Below are positions 37,301-52,300 of a stretch of DNA of 64,000 nucleotides, piece after piece. A model generated the notes under the pieces. The model worked only from the letters and a program-made list of their open reading frames with translations. It was not told the DNA's origin and ran no database searches. The DNA is taken from NCBI GenBank assembly GCA_053919585.1, contig CM132827.1. The stretch is one strand, 5' to 3'. Numbering within the stretch: the first letter of the stretch is position 1; every line of letters begins with the position of its first letter. A program made the position numbers and the translations under genes. The DNA comes from Euprymna scolopes (Eukaryota).

Positions 37301-40300
37301 AGCATTGAGATTTAGAATTCAATTTTAACAGCAGAGCATTGAGATTTAGAATTCAATTTTAACAGCAGAGCATTGAGATTTAGAATTCAATTTTAACAGC
37401 AGAGCATTGAGATTTAGAATTCAATTTTAACAGCAGAGCATTGAGATTTAGAAATCAATTTTAACAGCAGAGTGTTGAGATTTGGAGTAAAGAGATTTTG
37501 GCAGCAGAGCATTGAGATTTAGAATTCAATTTTAACAGCAGAGCATTGAGATTTAGAATTCAATTTTAACAGCAGAGCATTGAGATTTAGAATTCAATTT
37601 TAACAGCAGAGTGTTGAGATTTGGAGTAAAGAGTTTTTGGCAGCAGAGCATTGAGATTTAGAATTCAATTTTAACAGCAGAGCATTGAGATTTAGAATTC
37701 AATTTTAACAGCAGAGCATTGAGATTTAGAATTCAATTTTAACAGCAGAGCATTGAGATTTAGAATTCAATTTTAACAGCAGAGCATTGAGATTTAGAAT
37801 TCAATTTTAACAGCAGAGTGTTGAGATTTGGAGTAAAGAGTTTTTGGCAGCAGAGCATTGAGATTTAGAATTCAATTTTAACAGCAGAGCATTGAGATTT
37901 AGAATTCAATTTTAACAGCAGAGCATTGAGATTTAGAATTCAATTTTAACAGCAGAGCATTGAGATTTAGAATTCAATTTTAACAGCAGAGCATTGAGAT
38001 TTAGAATTCAATTTTAACAGCAGAGTGTTGAGATTTGGAGTAAAGAGTTTTTGGCAGCAGAGCATTGAGATTTAGAATTCAATTTTAACAGCAGAGCATT
38101 GAGATTTAGAATTCAATTTTAACAGCAGAGCATTGAGATTTAGAATTCAATTTTAACAGCAGAGCATTGAGATTTAGAATTCAATTTTAACAGCAGAGCA
38201 TTGAGATTTAGAATTCAATTTTAACAGCAGAGCATTGAGATTTAGAATTCAATTTTAACAGCAGAGCATTGAGATTTAGAATTCAATTTTAACAGCAGAG
38301 CATTGAGATTTAGAATTCAATTTTAACAGCAGAGTGTTGAGATTTAGAATTCAATTTTAACAGCAGAGCATTGAGATTTAGAATTCAATTTTAACAGCAG
38401 AGCATTGAGATTTAGAATTCAATTTTAACAGCAGAGTGTTGAGATTTGGAGTAAAGAGTTTTTGGCAGCAGAGCATTGAGATATAGAATTCAATTTTAAC
38501 AGCAGAGCATTGAGATTTAGAATTCAATTTTAACAGCAGAGCATTGAGATTTAGAATTCAATTTTAACAGCAGAGCATTGAGATTTAGAATTCAATTTTA
38601 ACAGCAGAGCATTGAGATTTAGAATTCAATTTTAACAGCAGAGTGTTGAGATTTGGAGTAAAGAGTTTTTGGCAGCAGAGCATTGAGATTTAGAATTCAA
38701 TTTTAACAGCAGAGCATTGAGATTTAGAATTCAATTTTAACAGCAGAGCATTGAGATTTAGAATTCAATTTTAACAGCAGAGCATTGAGATTTAGAATTC
38801 AATTTTAACAGCAGAGTGTTGAGATTTGGAGTAAAGAGTTTTTGGCAGCAGAGCATTGAGATTTAGAATTCAATTTTAACAGCAGAGCATTGAGATTTAG
38901 AATTCAATTTTAACAGCAGAGCATTGAGATTTAGAATTCAATTTTAACAGCAGAGCATTGAGATTTAGAATTCAATTTTAACAGCAGAGCATTGAGATTT
39001 AGAATTCAATTTTAACAGCAGAGCATTGAGATTTAGAATTCAATTTTAACAGCAGAGCATTGAGATTTAGAATTCAATTTTAACAGCAGAGCATTGAGAT
39101 TTAGAATTCAATTTTAACAGCAGAGCATTGAGATTTAGAATTCAATTTTAACAGCAGAGCATTGAGATTTAGAATTCAATTTTGACAACAGAGTGTTGAG
39201 ATTTAGAATTCAATTTTAACAGCAGAGCATTGAGATTTAGAATTCAATTTTAACAGCAGAGCATTGAGATTTAGAATTCAATTTTAACAGCAGAGTGTTG
39301 AGATTTGGAGTAAAGAGTTTTTGGCAGCAGAGCATTGAGATTTAGAATTCAATTTTAACAGCAGAGCATTGAGATTTAGAATTCAATTTTAACAGCAGAG
39401 CATTGAGATTTAGAATTCAATTTTAACAGCAGAGCATTGAGATTTAGAATTCAATTTTAACAGCAGAGCATTGAGATTTAGAATTCAATTTTAACAGCAG
39501 AGTGTTGAGATTTGGAGTAAAGAGTTTTTGGCAGCAGAGCATTGAGATTTAGAATTCAATTTTAACAGCAGAGCATTGAGATTTAGAATTCAATTTTAAC
39601 AGCAGAGCATTGAGATTTAGAATTCAATTTTAACAGCAGAGCATTGAGATTTAGAATTCAATTTTAACAGCAGAGCATTGAGATTTAGAATTCAATTTTA
39701 ACAGCAGAGCATTGAGATTTAGAATTCAATTTTAACAGCAGAGCATTGAGATTTAGAATTCAATTTTAACAGCAGAGCATTGAGATTTAGAATTCAATTT
39801 TAACAGCAGAGCATTGAGATTTAGAATTCAATTTTAACAGCAGAGTGTTGAGATTTGGAGTAAAGAGTTTTTGGCAGCAGAGCATTGAGATTTAGAATTC
39901 AATTTTAACAGCAGAGCATTGAGATTTAGAATTCAATTTTAACAGCAGAGCATTGAGATTTAGAATTCAATTTTAACAGCAGAGCATTGAGATTTAGAAT
40001 TCAATTTTAACAGCAGAGCATTGAGATTTAGAATTCAATTTTAACAGCAGAGTGTTGAGATTTGGAGTAAAGAGTTTTTGGCAGCAGAGCATTGAGATTT
40101 AGAATTCAATTTTAACAGCAGAGCATTGAGATTTAGAATTCAATTTTAACAGCAGAGCATTGAGATTTAGAATTCAATTTTAACAGCAGAGCATTGAGAT
40201 TTAGAATTCAATTTTAACAGCAGAGCATTGAGATTTAGAATTCAATTTTAACAGCAGAGTGTTGAGATTTGGAGTAAAGAGTTTTTGGCAGCAGAGCATT

Positions 40301-43300
40301 GAGATTTAGAATTCAATTTTAACAGCAGAGCATTGAGATTTAGAATTCAATTTTAACAGCAGAGCATTGAGATTTAGAATTCAATTTTAACAGCAGAGCA
40401 TTGAGATTTAGAATTCAATTTTAACAGCAGAGCATTGAGATTTAGAATTCAATTTTAACAGCAGAGCATTGAGATTTAGAATTCAATTTTAACAGCAGAG
40501 CATTGAGATTTAGAATTCAATTTTAACAGCAGAGCATTGAGATTTAGAATTCAATTTTAACAGCAGAGCATTGAGATTTAGAATTCAATTTTAACAGCAG
40601 AGCATTGAGATTTAGAATTCAATTTTGACAACAGAGTGTTGAGATTTAGAATTCAATTTAAACAGCAGAGCATTGAGATTTAGAATTCAATTTTAACAGC
40701 AGAGCATTGAGATTTAGAATTCAATTTTAACAGCAGAGTGTTGAGATTTGGAGTAAAGAGTTTTTGGCAGCAGAGCATTGAGATTTAGAATTCAATTTTA
40801 ACAGCAGAGCATTGAGATTTAGAATTCAATTTTAACAGCAGAGCATTGAGATTTAGAATTCAATTTTAACAGCAGAGCATTGAGATTTAGAATTCAATTT
40901 TAACAGCAGAGCATTGAGATTTAGAATTCAATTTTAACAGCAGAGTGTTGAGATTTGGAGTAAAGAGTTTTTGGCAGCAGAGCATTGAGATTTAGAATTC
41001 AATTTTAACAGCAGAGCATTGAGATTTAGAATTCAATTTTAACAGCAGAGCATTGAGATTTAGAATTCAATTTTAACAGCAGAGCATTGAGATTTAGAAT
41101 TCAATTTTAACAGCAGAGCATTGAGATTTAGAATTCAATTTTAACAGCAGAGTGTTGAGATTTGGAGTAAAGAGTTTTTGGCAGCAGAGCATTGAGATTT
41201 AGAATTCAATTTTAACAGCAGAGCATTGAGATTTAGAATTCAATTTTAACAGCAGAGCATTGAGATTTAGAATTCAATTTTAACAGCAGAGCATTGAGAT
41301 TTAGAATTCAATTTTAACAGCAGAGCATTGAGATTTAGAATTCAATTTTAACAGCAGAGCATTGAGATTTAGAATTCAATTTTAACAGCAGAGCATTGAG
41401 ATTTAGAATTCAATTTTAACAGCAGAGCATTGAGATTTAGAATTCAATTTTAACAGCAGAGCATTGAGATTTAGAATTCAATTTTAACAGCAGAGCATTG
41501 AGATTTAGAATTCAATTTTAACAGCAGAGCATTGAGATTTAGAATTCAATTTTAACAGCAGAGCATTGAGATTTAGAATTCAATTTTAACAGCAGAGCAT
41601 TGAGATTTAGAATTCAATTTTAACAGCAGAGCATTGAGATTTAGAATTCAATTTTAACAGCAGAGCATTGAGATTTAGAATTCAATTTTAACAGCAGAGC
41701 ATTGAGATTTAGAATTCAATTTTAACAGCAGAGCATTGAGATTTAGAATTCAATTTTAACAGCAGAGCATTGAGATTTAGAATTCAATTTTAACAGCAGA
41801 GCATTGAGATTTAGAATTCAATTTTAACAGCAGAGCATTGAGATTTAGAATTCAATTTTAACAGCAGAGCATTGAGATTTAGAATTCAATTTTAACAGCA
41901 GAGCATTGAGATTTAGAATTCAATTTTAACAGCAGAGCATTGAGATTTAGAATTCAATTTTAACAGCAGAGCATTGAGATTTAGAATTCAATTTTAACAG
42001 CAGAGCATTGAGATTTAGAATTCAATTTTAACAGCAGAGCATTGAGATTTAGAATTCAATTTTAACAGCAGAGCATTGAGATTTAGAATTCAATTTTAAC
42101 AGCAGAGCATTGAGATTTAGAATTCAATTTTAACAGCAGAGCATTGAGATTTAGAATTCAATTTTAACAGCAGAGTGTTGAGATTTAGAATTCAATTTTA
42201 ACAGCAGAGTGTTGAGATTTGGAGTAAAGAGTTTTTGGCAGCAGAGCATTGAGATTTAGAATTCAATTTTAACAGCAGAGCATTGAGATTTAGAATTCAA
42301 TTTTAACAGCAGAGTGTTGAGATTTGGAGTAAAGAGTTTTTGGCAGCAGAGCATTGAGATTTAGAATTCAATTTTGACAGCAGAGCATTGAGATTTAGAA
42401 TTCAATTTTAACAGCAGAGTGTTGAGATTTGGAGTAAAGAGTTTTTGGCAGCAGAGCATTGAGATTTAGAATTCAATTTTAACAGCAGAGCATTGAGATT
42501 TAGAATTCAATTTTAACAGCAGAGCATTGAGATTTAGAATTCAATTTTAACAGCAGAGCATTGAGATTTAGAATTCAATTTTAACAGCAGAGCATTGAGA
42601 TTTAGAATTCAATTTTAACAGCAGAGTGTTGAGATTTGGAGTAAAGAGTTTTTGGCAGCAGAGCATTGAGATTTAGAATTCAATTTTAACAGCAGAGCAT
42701 TGAGATTTAGAATTCAATTTTAACAGCAGAGCATTGAGATTTAGAATTCAATTTTAACAGCAGAGCATTGAGATTTAGAATTCAATTTTAACAGCAGAGC
42801 ATTGAGATTTAGAATTCAATTTTAACAGCAGAGTGTTGAGATTTGGAGTAAAGAGTTTTTGGCAGCAGAGCATTGAGATTTAGAATTCAATTTTAACAGC
42901 AGAGCATTGAGATTTAGAATTCAATTTTGACAGCAGAGCATTGAGATTTAGAATTCAATTTTAACAGCAGAGTGTTGAGATTTGGAGTAAAGAGTTTTTG
43001 GCAGCAGAGCATTGAGATTTAGAATTCAATTTTAACAGCAGAGCATTGAGATTTAGAATTCAATTTTAACAGCAGAGCATTGAGATTTAGAATTCAATTT
43101 TAACAGCAGAGCATTGAGATTTAGAATTCAATTTTAACAGCAGAGCATTGAGATTTAGAATTCAATTTTAACAGCAGAGTGTTGAGATTTGGAGTAAAGA
43201 GTTTTTGGCAGCAGAGCATTGAGATTTAGAATTCAATTTTAACAGCAGAGCATTGAGATTTAGAATTCAATTTTAACAGCAGAGCATTGAGATTTAGAAT

Positions 43301-46300
43301 TCAATTTTAACAGCAGAGCATTGAGATTTAGAATTCAATTTTAACAGCAGAGCATTGAGATTTAGAATTCAATTTTAACAGCAGAGTGTTGAGATTTGGA
43401 GTAAAGAGTTTTTGGCAGCAGAGCATTGAGATTTAGAATTCAATTTTAACAGCAGAGCATTGAGATTTAGAATTCAATTTTAACAGCAGAGCATTGAGAT
43501 TTAGAATTCAATTTTAACAGCAGAGCATTGAGATTTAGAATTCAATTTTAACAGCAGAGCATTGAGATTTAGAATTCAATTTTAACAGCAGAGCATTGAG
43601 ATTTAGAATTCAATTTTAACAGCAGAGCATTGAGATTTAGAATTCAATTTTAACAGCAGAGCATTGAGATTTAGAATTCAATTTTAACAGCAGAGTGTTG
43701 AGATTTGGAGTAAAGAGTTTTTGGCAGCAGAGCATTGAGATTTAGAATTCAATTTTAACAGCAGAGCATTGAGATTTAGAATTCAATTTTAACAGCAGAG
43801 CATTGAGATTTAGAATTCAATTTTAACAGCAGAGCATTGAGATTTAGAATTCAATTTTAACAGCAGAGCATTGAGATTTAGAATTCAATTTTAACAGCAG
43901 AGTGTTGAGATTTGGAGTAAAGAGTTTTTGGCAGCAGAGCATTGAGATTTAGAATTCAATTTTAACAGCAGAGCATTGAGATTTAGAATTCAATTTTAAC
44001 AGCAGAGCATTGAGATTTAGAATTCAATTTTAACAGCAGAGCATTGAGATTTAGAATTCAATTTTAACAGCAGAGCATTGAGATTTAGAATTCAATTTTA
44101 ACAGCAGAGCATTGAGATTTAGAATTCAATTTTAACAGCAGAGCATTGAGATTTAGAATTCAATTTTAACAGCAGAGCATTGAGATTTAGAATTCAATTT
44201 TAACAGCAGAGTGTTGAGATTTGGAGTAAAGAGTTTTTGGCAGCAGAGCATTGAGATTTAGAATTCAATTTTAACAGCAGAGCATTGAGATTTAGAATTC
44301 AATTTTAACAGCAGAGCATTGAGATTTAGAATTCAATTTTAACAGCAGAGCATTGAGATTTAGAATTCAATTTTAACAGCAGAGCATTGAGATTTAGAAT
44401 TCAATTTTAACAGCAGAGCATTGAGATTTAGAATTCAATTTTAACAGCAGAGCATTGAGATTTAGAATTCAATTTTAACAGCAGAGCATTGAGATTTAGA
44501 ATTCAATTTTAACAGCAGAGCATTGAGATTTAGAATTCAATTTTAACAGCAGAGCATTGAGATTTAGAATTCAATTTTAACAGCAGAGCATTGAGATTTA
44601 GAATTCAATTTTAACAGCAGAGCATTGAGATTTAGAATTCAATTTTAACAGCAGAGCATTGAGATTTAGAATTCAATTTTAACAGCAGAGCATTGAGATT
44701 TAGAATTCAATTTTAACAGCAGAGCATTGAGATTTAGAATTCAATTTTAACAGCAGAGCATTGAGATTTAGAATTCAATTTTAACAGCAGAGTGTTGAGA
44801 TTTAGAATTCAATTTTAACAGCAGAGTGTTGAGATTTGGAGTAAAGAGTTTTTGGCAGCAGAGCATTGAGATTTAGAATTCAATTTTAACAGCAGAGCAT
44901 TGAGATTTAGAATTCAATTTTAACAGCAGAGTGTTGAGATTTGGAGTAAAGAGTTTTTGGCAGCAGAGCATTGAGATTTAGAATTCAATTTTAACAGCAG
45001 AGCATTGAGATTTAGAATTCAATTTTAACAGCAGAGCATTGAGATTTAGAATTCAATTTTAACAGCAGAGTGTTGAGATTTAGAATTCAATTTTAACAGC
45101 AGAGCATTGAGATTTAGAATTCAATTTTAACAGCAGAGCATTGAGATTTAGAATTCAATTTTAACAGCAGAGCATTGAGATTTAGAATTCAATTTTAACA
45201 GCAGAGCATTGAGATTTAGAATTCAATTTTAACAGCAGAGCATTGAGATTTAGAATTCAATTTTAACAGCAGAGCATTGAGATTTAGAATTCAATTTTAA
45301 CAGCAGAGCATTGAGATTTAGAATTCAATTTTAACAGCAGAGCATTGAGATTTAGAATTCAATTTTAACAGCAGAGCATTGAGATTTAGAATTCAATTTT
45401 AACAGCAGAGCATTGAGATTTAGAATTCAATTTTAACAGCAGAGCATTGAGATTTAGAATTCAATTTTAACAGCAGAGCATTGAGATTTAGAATTCAATT
45501 TTAACAGCAGAGTGTTGAGATTTAGAATTCAATTTTAACAGCAGAGTGTTGAGATTTGGAGTAAAGAGTTTTTGGCAGCAGAGCATTGAGATTTAGAATT
45601 CAATTTTAACAGCAGAGCATTGAGATTTAGAATTCAATTTTAACAGCAGAGTGTTGAGATTTGGAGTAAAGAGTTTTTGGCAGCAGAGCATTGAGATTTA
45701 GAATTCAATTTTGACAGCAGAGCATTGAGATTTAGAATTCAATTTTAACAGCAGAGTGTTGAGATTTGGAGTAAAGAGTTTTTGGCAGCAGAGCATTGAG
45801 ATTTAGAATTCAATTTTAACAGCAGAGCATTGAGATTTAGAATTCAATTTTAACAGCAGAGCATTGAGATTTAGAATTCAATTTTAACAGCAGAGCATTG
45901 AGATTTAGAATTCAATTTTAACAGCAGAGCATTGAGATTTAGAATTCAATTTTAACAGCAGAGTGTTGAGATTTGGAGTAAAGAGTTTTTGGCAGCAGAG
46001 CATTGAGATTTAGAATTCAATTTTAACAGCAGAGCATTGAGATTTAGAATTCAATTTTAACAGCAGAGCATTGAGATTTAGAATTCAATTTTAACAGCAG
46101 AGCATTGAGATTTAGAATTCAATTTTAACAGCAGAGCATTGAGATTTAGAATTCAATTTTAACAGCAGAGTGTTGAGATTTGGAGTAAAGAGTTTTTGGC
46201 AGCAGAGCATTGAGATTTAGAATTCAATTTTAACAGCAGAGCATTGAGATTTAGAATTCAATTTTAACAGCAGAGCATTGAGATTTAGAATTCAATTTTA

Positions 46301-49300
46301 ACAGCAGAGTGTTGAGATTTGGAGTAAAGAGTTTTTGGCAGCAGAGCATTGAGATTTAGAATTCAATTTTAACAGCAGAGCATTGAGATTTAGAATTCAA
46401 TTTTAACAGCAGAGCATTGAGATTTAGAATTCAATTTTAACAGCAGAGCATTGAGATTTAGAATTCAATTTTAACAGCAGAGCATTGAGATTTAGAATTC
46501 AATTTTAACAGCAGAGTGTTGAGATTTGGAGTAAAGAGTTTTTGGCAGCAGAGCATTGAGATTTAGAATTCAATTTTAACAGCAGAGCATTGAGATTTAG
46601 AATTCAATTTTAACAGCAGAGCATTGAGATTTAGAATTCAATTTTAACAGCAGAGCATTGAGATTTAGAATTCAATTTTAACAGCAGAGCATTGAGATTT
46701 AGAATTCAATTTTAACAGCAGAGTGTTGAGATTTGGAGTAAAGAGTTTTTGGCAGCAGAGCATTGAGATTTAGAATTCAATTTTAACAGCAGAGCATTGA
46801 GATTTAGAATTCAATTTTAACAGCAGAGCATTGAGATTTAGAATTCAATTTTAACAGCAGAGCATTGAGATTTAGAATTCAATTTTAACAGCAGAGCATT
46901 GAGATTTAGAATTCAATTTTAACAGCAGAGCATTGAGATTTAGAATTCAATTTTAACAGCAGAGCATTGAGATTTAGAATTCAATTTTAACAGCAGAGCA
47001 TTGAGATTTAGAATTCAATTTTAACAGCAGAGCATTGAGATTTAGAATTCAATTTTAACAGCAGAGCATTGAGATTTAGAATTCAATTTTAACAGCAGAG
47101 CATTGAGATTTAGAATTCAATTTTAACAGCAGAGCATTGAGATTTAGAATTCAATTTTAACAGCAGAGCATTGAGATTTAGAATTCAATTTTAACAGCAG
47201 AGCATTGAGATTTAGAATTCAATTTTAACAGCAGAGCATTGAGATTTAGAATTCAATTTTAACAGCAGAGCATTGAGATTTAGAATTCAATTTTAACAGC
47301 AGAGCATTGAGATTTAGAATTCAATTTTAACAGCAGAGCATTGAGATTTAGAATTCAATTTTAACAGCAGAGCATTGAGATTTAGAATTCAATTTTAACA
47401 GCAGAGCATTGAGATTTAGAATTCAATTTTAACAGCAGAGCATTGAGATTTAGAATTCAATTTTAACAGCAGAGCATTGAGATTTAGAATTCAATTTTAA
47501 CAGCAGAGCATTGAGATTTAGAATTCAATTTTAACAGCAGAGCATTGAGATTTAGAATTCAATTTTAACAGCAGAGCATTGAGATTTAGAATTCAATTTT
47601 AACAGCAGAGCATTGAGATTTAGAATTCAATTTTAACAGCAGAGCATTGAGATTTAGAATTCAATTTTAACAGCAGAGCATTGAGATTTAGAATTCAATT
47701 TTAACAGCAGAGTGTTGAGATTTAGAATTCAATTTTAACAGCAGAGTGTTGAGATTTGGAGTAAAGAGTTTTTGGCAGCAGAGCATTGAGATTTAGAATT
47801 CAATTTTAACAGCAGAGCATTGAGATTTAGAATTCAATTTTAACAGCAGAGTGTTGAGATTTGGAGTAAAGAGTTTTTGGCAGCAGAGCATTGAGATTTA
47901 GAATTCAATTTTAACAGCAGAGCATTGAGATTTAGAATTCAATTTTAACAGCAGAGCATTGAGATTTAGAATTCAATTTTAACAGCAGAGTGTTGAGATT
48001 TAGAATTCAATTTTAACAGCAGAGCATTGAGATTTAGAATTCAATTTTAACAGCAGAGCATTGAGATTTAGAATTCAATTTTAACAGCAGAGCATTGAGA
48101 TTTAGAATTCAATTTTAACAGCAGAGCATTGAGATTTAGAATTCAATTTTAACAGCAGAGCATTGAGATTTAGAATTCAATTTTAACAGCAGAGCATTGA
48201 GATTTAGAATTCAATTTTAACAGCAGAGCATTGAGATTTAGAATTCAATTTTAACAGCAGAGCATTGAGATTTAGAATTCAATTTTAACAGCAGAGCATT
48301 GAGATTTAGAATTCAATTTTAACAGCAGAGCATTGAGATTTAGAATTCAATTTTAACAGCAGAGCATTGAGATTTAGAATTCAATTTTAACAGCAGAGCA
48401 TTGAGATTTAGAATTCAATTTTAACAGCAGAGCATTGAGATTTAGAATTCAATTTTAACAGCAGAGTGTTGAGATTTAGAATTCAATTTTAACAGCAGAG
48501 TGTTGAGATTTGGAGTAAAGAGTTTTTGGCAGCAGAGCATTGAGATTTAGAATTCAATTTTAACAGCAGAGCATTGAGATTTAGAATTCAATTTTAACAG
48601 CAGAGTGTTGAGATTTGGAGTAAAGAGTTTTTGGCAGCAGAGCATTGAGATTTAGAATTCAATTTTGACAGCAGAGCATTGAGATTTAGAATTCAATTTT
48701 AACAGCAGAGTGTTGAGATTTGGAGTAAAGAGTTTTTGGCAGCAGAGCATTGAGATTTAGAATTCAATTTTAACAGCAGAGCATTGAGATTTAGAATTCA
48801 ATTTTAACAGCAGAGCATTGAGATTTAGAATTCAATTTTAACAGCAGAGCATTGAGATTTAGAATTCAATTTTAACAGCAGAGCATTGAGATTTAGAATT
48901 CAATTTTAACAGCAGAGTGTTGAGATTTGGAGTAAAGCAATTTTAACAGCAGAGCATTGAGATTTAGAATTCAATTTTAACAGCAGAGCATTGAGATTTA
49001 GAATTCAATTTTAACAGCAGAGCATTGAGATTTAGAATTCAATTTTAACAGCAGAGCATTGAGATTTAGAATTCAATTTTAACAGCAGAGTGTTGAGATT
49101 TGGAGTAAAGAGTTTTGGCAGCAGAGCATTGAGATTTAGAATTCAATTTTAACAGCAGAGCATTGAGATTTAGAATTCAATTTTAACAGCAGAGCATTGA
49201 GATTTAGAATTCAATTTTAACAGCAGAGTGTTGAGATTTGGAGTAAAGAGTTTTTGGCAGCAGAGCATTGAGATTTAGAATTCAATTTTAACAGCAGAGC

Positions 49301-52300
49301 ATTGAGATTTAGAATTCAATTTTAACAGCAGAGCATTGAGATTTAGAATTCAATTTTAACAGCAGAGCATTGAGATTTAGAATTCAATTTTAACAGCAGA
49401 GCATTGAGATTTAGAATTCAATTTTAACAGCAGAGTGTTGAGATTTGGAGTAAAGAGTTTTTGGCAGCAGAGCATTGAGATTTAGAATTCAATTTTAACA
49501 GCAGAGCATTGAGATTTAGAATTCAATTTTAACAGCAGAGCATTGAGATTTAGAATTCAATTTTAACAGCAGAGCATTGAGATTTAGAATTCAATTTTAA
49601 CAGCAGAGCATTGAGATTTAGAATTCAATTTTAACAGCAGAGTGTTGAGATTTGGAGTAAAGAGTTTTTGGCAGCAGAGCATTGAGATTTAGAATTCAAT
49701 TTTAACAGCAGAGCATTGAGATTTAGAATTCAATTTTAACAGCAGAGCATTGAGATTTAGAATTCAATTTTAACAGCAGAGCATTGAGATTTAGAATTCA
49801 ATTTTAACAGCAGAGCATTGAGATTTAGAATTCAATTTTAACAGCAGAGCATTGAGATTTAGAATTCAATTTTAACAGCAGAGCATTGAGATTTAGAATT
49901 CAATTTTAACAGCAGAGCATTGAGATTTAGAATTCAATTTTAACAGCAGAGCATTGAGATTTAGAATTCAATTTTAACAGCAGAGCATTGAGATTTAGAA
50001 TTCAATTTTAACAGCAGAGCATTGAGATTTAGAATTCAATTTTAACAGCAGAGCATTGAGATTTAGAATTCAATTTTAACAGCAGAGCATTGAGATTTAG
50101 AATTCAATTTTAACAGCAGAGCATTGAGATTTAGAATTCAATTTTAACAGCAGAGTGTTGAGATTTGGAGTAAAGAGTTTTTGGCAGCAGAGCATTGAGA
50201 TTTAGAATTCAATTTTAACAGCAGAGCATTGAGATTTAGAATTCAATTTTAACAGCAGAGCATTGAGATTTAGAATTCAATTTTAACAGCAGAGCATTGA
50301 GATTTAGAATTCAATTTTAACAGCAGAGCATTGAGATTTAGAATTCAATTTTGACAAGCAGAGTGTTGAGATTTAGAATTCAATTTTAACAGCAGAGCAT
50401 TGAGATTTAGAATTCAATTTTAACAGCAGAGCATTGAGATTTAGAATTCAATTTTAACAGCAGAGCATTGAGATTTAGAATTCAATTTTAACAGCAGAGC
50501 ATTGAGATTTAGAATTCAATTTTAACAGCAGAGCATTGAGATTTAGAATTCAATTTTAACAGCAGAGCATTGAGATTTAGAATTCAATTTTAACAGCAGA
50601 GCATTGAGATTTAGAATTCAATTTTAACAGCAGAGCATTGAGATTTAGAATTCAATTTTAACAGCAGAGCATTGAGATTTAGAATTCAATTTTAACAGCA
50701 GAGCTGTTGAGATTTGGAGTAAAGAGTTTTTGGCAGCAGAGCATTGAGATTTAGAATTCAATTTTAACAGCAGAGCATTGAGATTTAGAATTCAATTTTA
50801 ACAGCAGAGCATTGAGATTTAGAATTCAATTTTAACAGCAGAGTGTTGAGATTTGGAGTAAAGAGTTTTTGGCAGCAGAGCATTGAGATTTAGAATTCAA
50901 TTTTAACAGCAGAGCATTGAGATTTAGAATTCAATTTTAACAGCAGAGCATTGAGATTTAGAATTCAATTTTAACAGCAGAGCATTGAGATTTAGAATTC
51001 AATTTTAACAGCAGAGCATTGAGATTTAGAATTCAATTTTAACAGCAGAGTGTTGAGATTTGGAGTAAAGAGTTTTTGGCAGCAGAGCATTGAGATTTAG
51101 AATTCAATTTTAACAGCAGAGCATTGAGATTTAGAATTCAATTTTAACAGCAGAGCATTGAGATTTAGAATTCAATTTTAACAGCAGAGCATTGAGATTT
51201 AGAATTCAATTTTAACAGCAGAGCATTGAGATTTAGAATTCAATTTTAACAGCAGAGTGTTGAGATTTGGAGATAAAGAGTTTTTGGCAGCAGAGCATTG
51301 AGATTTAGAATTCAATTTTAACAGCAGAGCATTGAGATTTAGAATTCAATTTTAACAGCAGAGCATTGAGATTTAGAATTCAATTTTAACAGCAGAGCAT
51401 TGAGATTTAGAATTCAATTTTAACAGCAGAGCATTGAGATTTAGAATTCAATTTTAACAGCAGAGCATTGAGATTTAGAATTCAATTTTAACAGCAGAGC
51501 ATTGAGATTTAGAATTCAATTTTAACAGCAGAGCATTGAGATTTAGAATTCAATTTTAACAGCAGAGCATTGAGATTTAGAATTCAATTTTAACAGCAGA
51601 GCATTGAGATTTAGAATTCAATTTTAACAGCAGAGCATTGAGATTTAGAATTCAATTTTAACAGCAGAGCATTGAGATTTAGAATTCAATTTTAACAGCA
51701 GAGCATTGAGATTTAGAATTCAATTTTAACAGCAGAGCATTGAGATTTAGAATTCAATTTTAACAGCAGAGCATTGAGATTTAGAATTCAATTTTAACAG
51801 CAGAGCATTGAGATTTAGAATTCAATTTTAACAGCAGAGCATTGAGATTTAGAATTCAATTTTAACAGCAGAGCATTGAGATTTAGAATTCAATTTTAAA
51901 CAGCAGAGCATTGAGATTTAGAATTCAATTTTAACAGCAGAGCATTGAGATTTAGAATTCAATTTTAACAGCAGAGCATTGAGATTTAGAATTCAATTTT
52001 AACAGCAGAGCATTGAGATTTAGAATTCAATTTTAACAGCAGAGCATTGAGATTTAGAATTCAATTTTAACAGCAGAGCATTGAGATTTAGAATTCAATT
52101 TTAACAGCAGAGCATTGAGATTTAGAATTCAATTTTAACAGCAGAGCATTGAGATTTAGAATTCAATTTTAACAGCAGAGCATTGAGATTTAGAATTCAA
52201 TTTTAACAGCAGAGCATTGAGATTTAGAATTCAATTTTAACAGCAGAGCATTGAGATTTAGAATTCAATTTTAACAGCAGAGCATTGAGATTTAGAATTC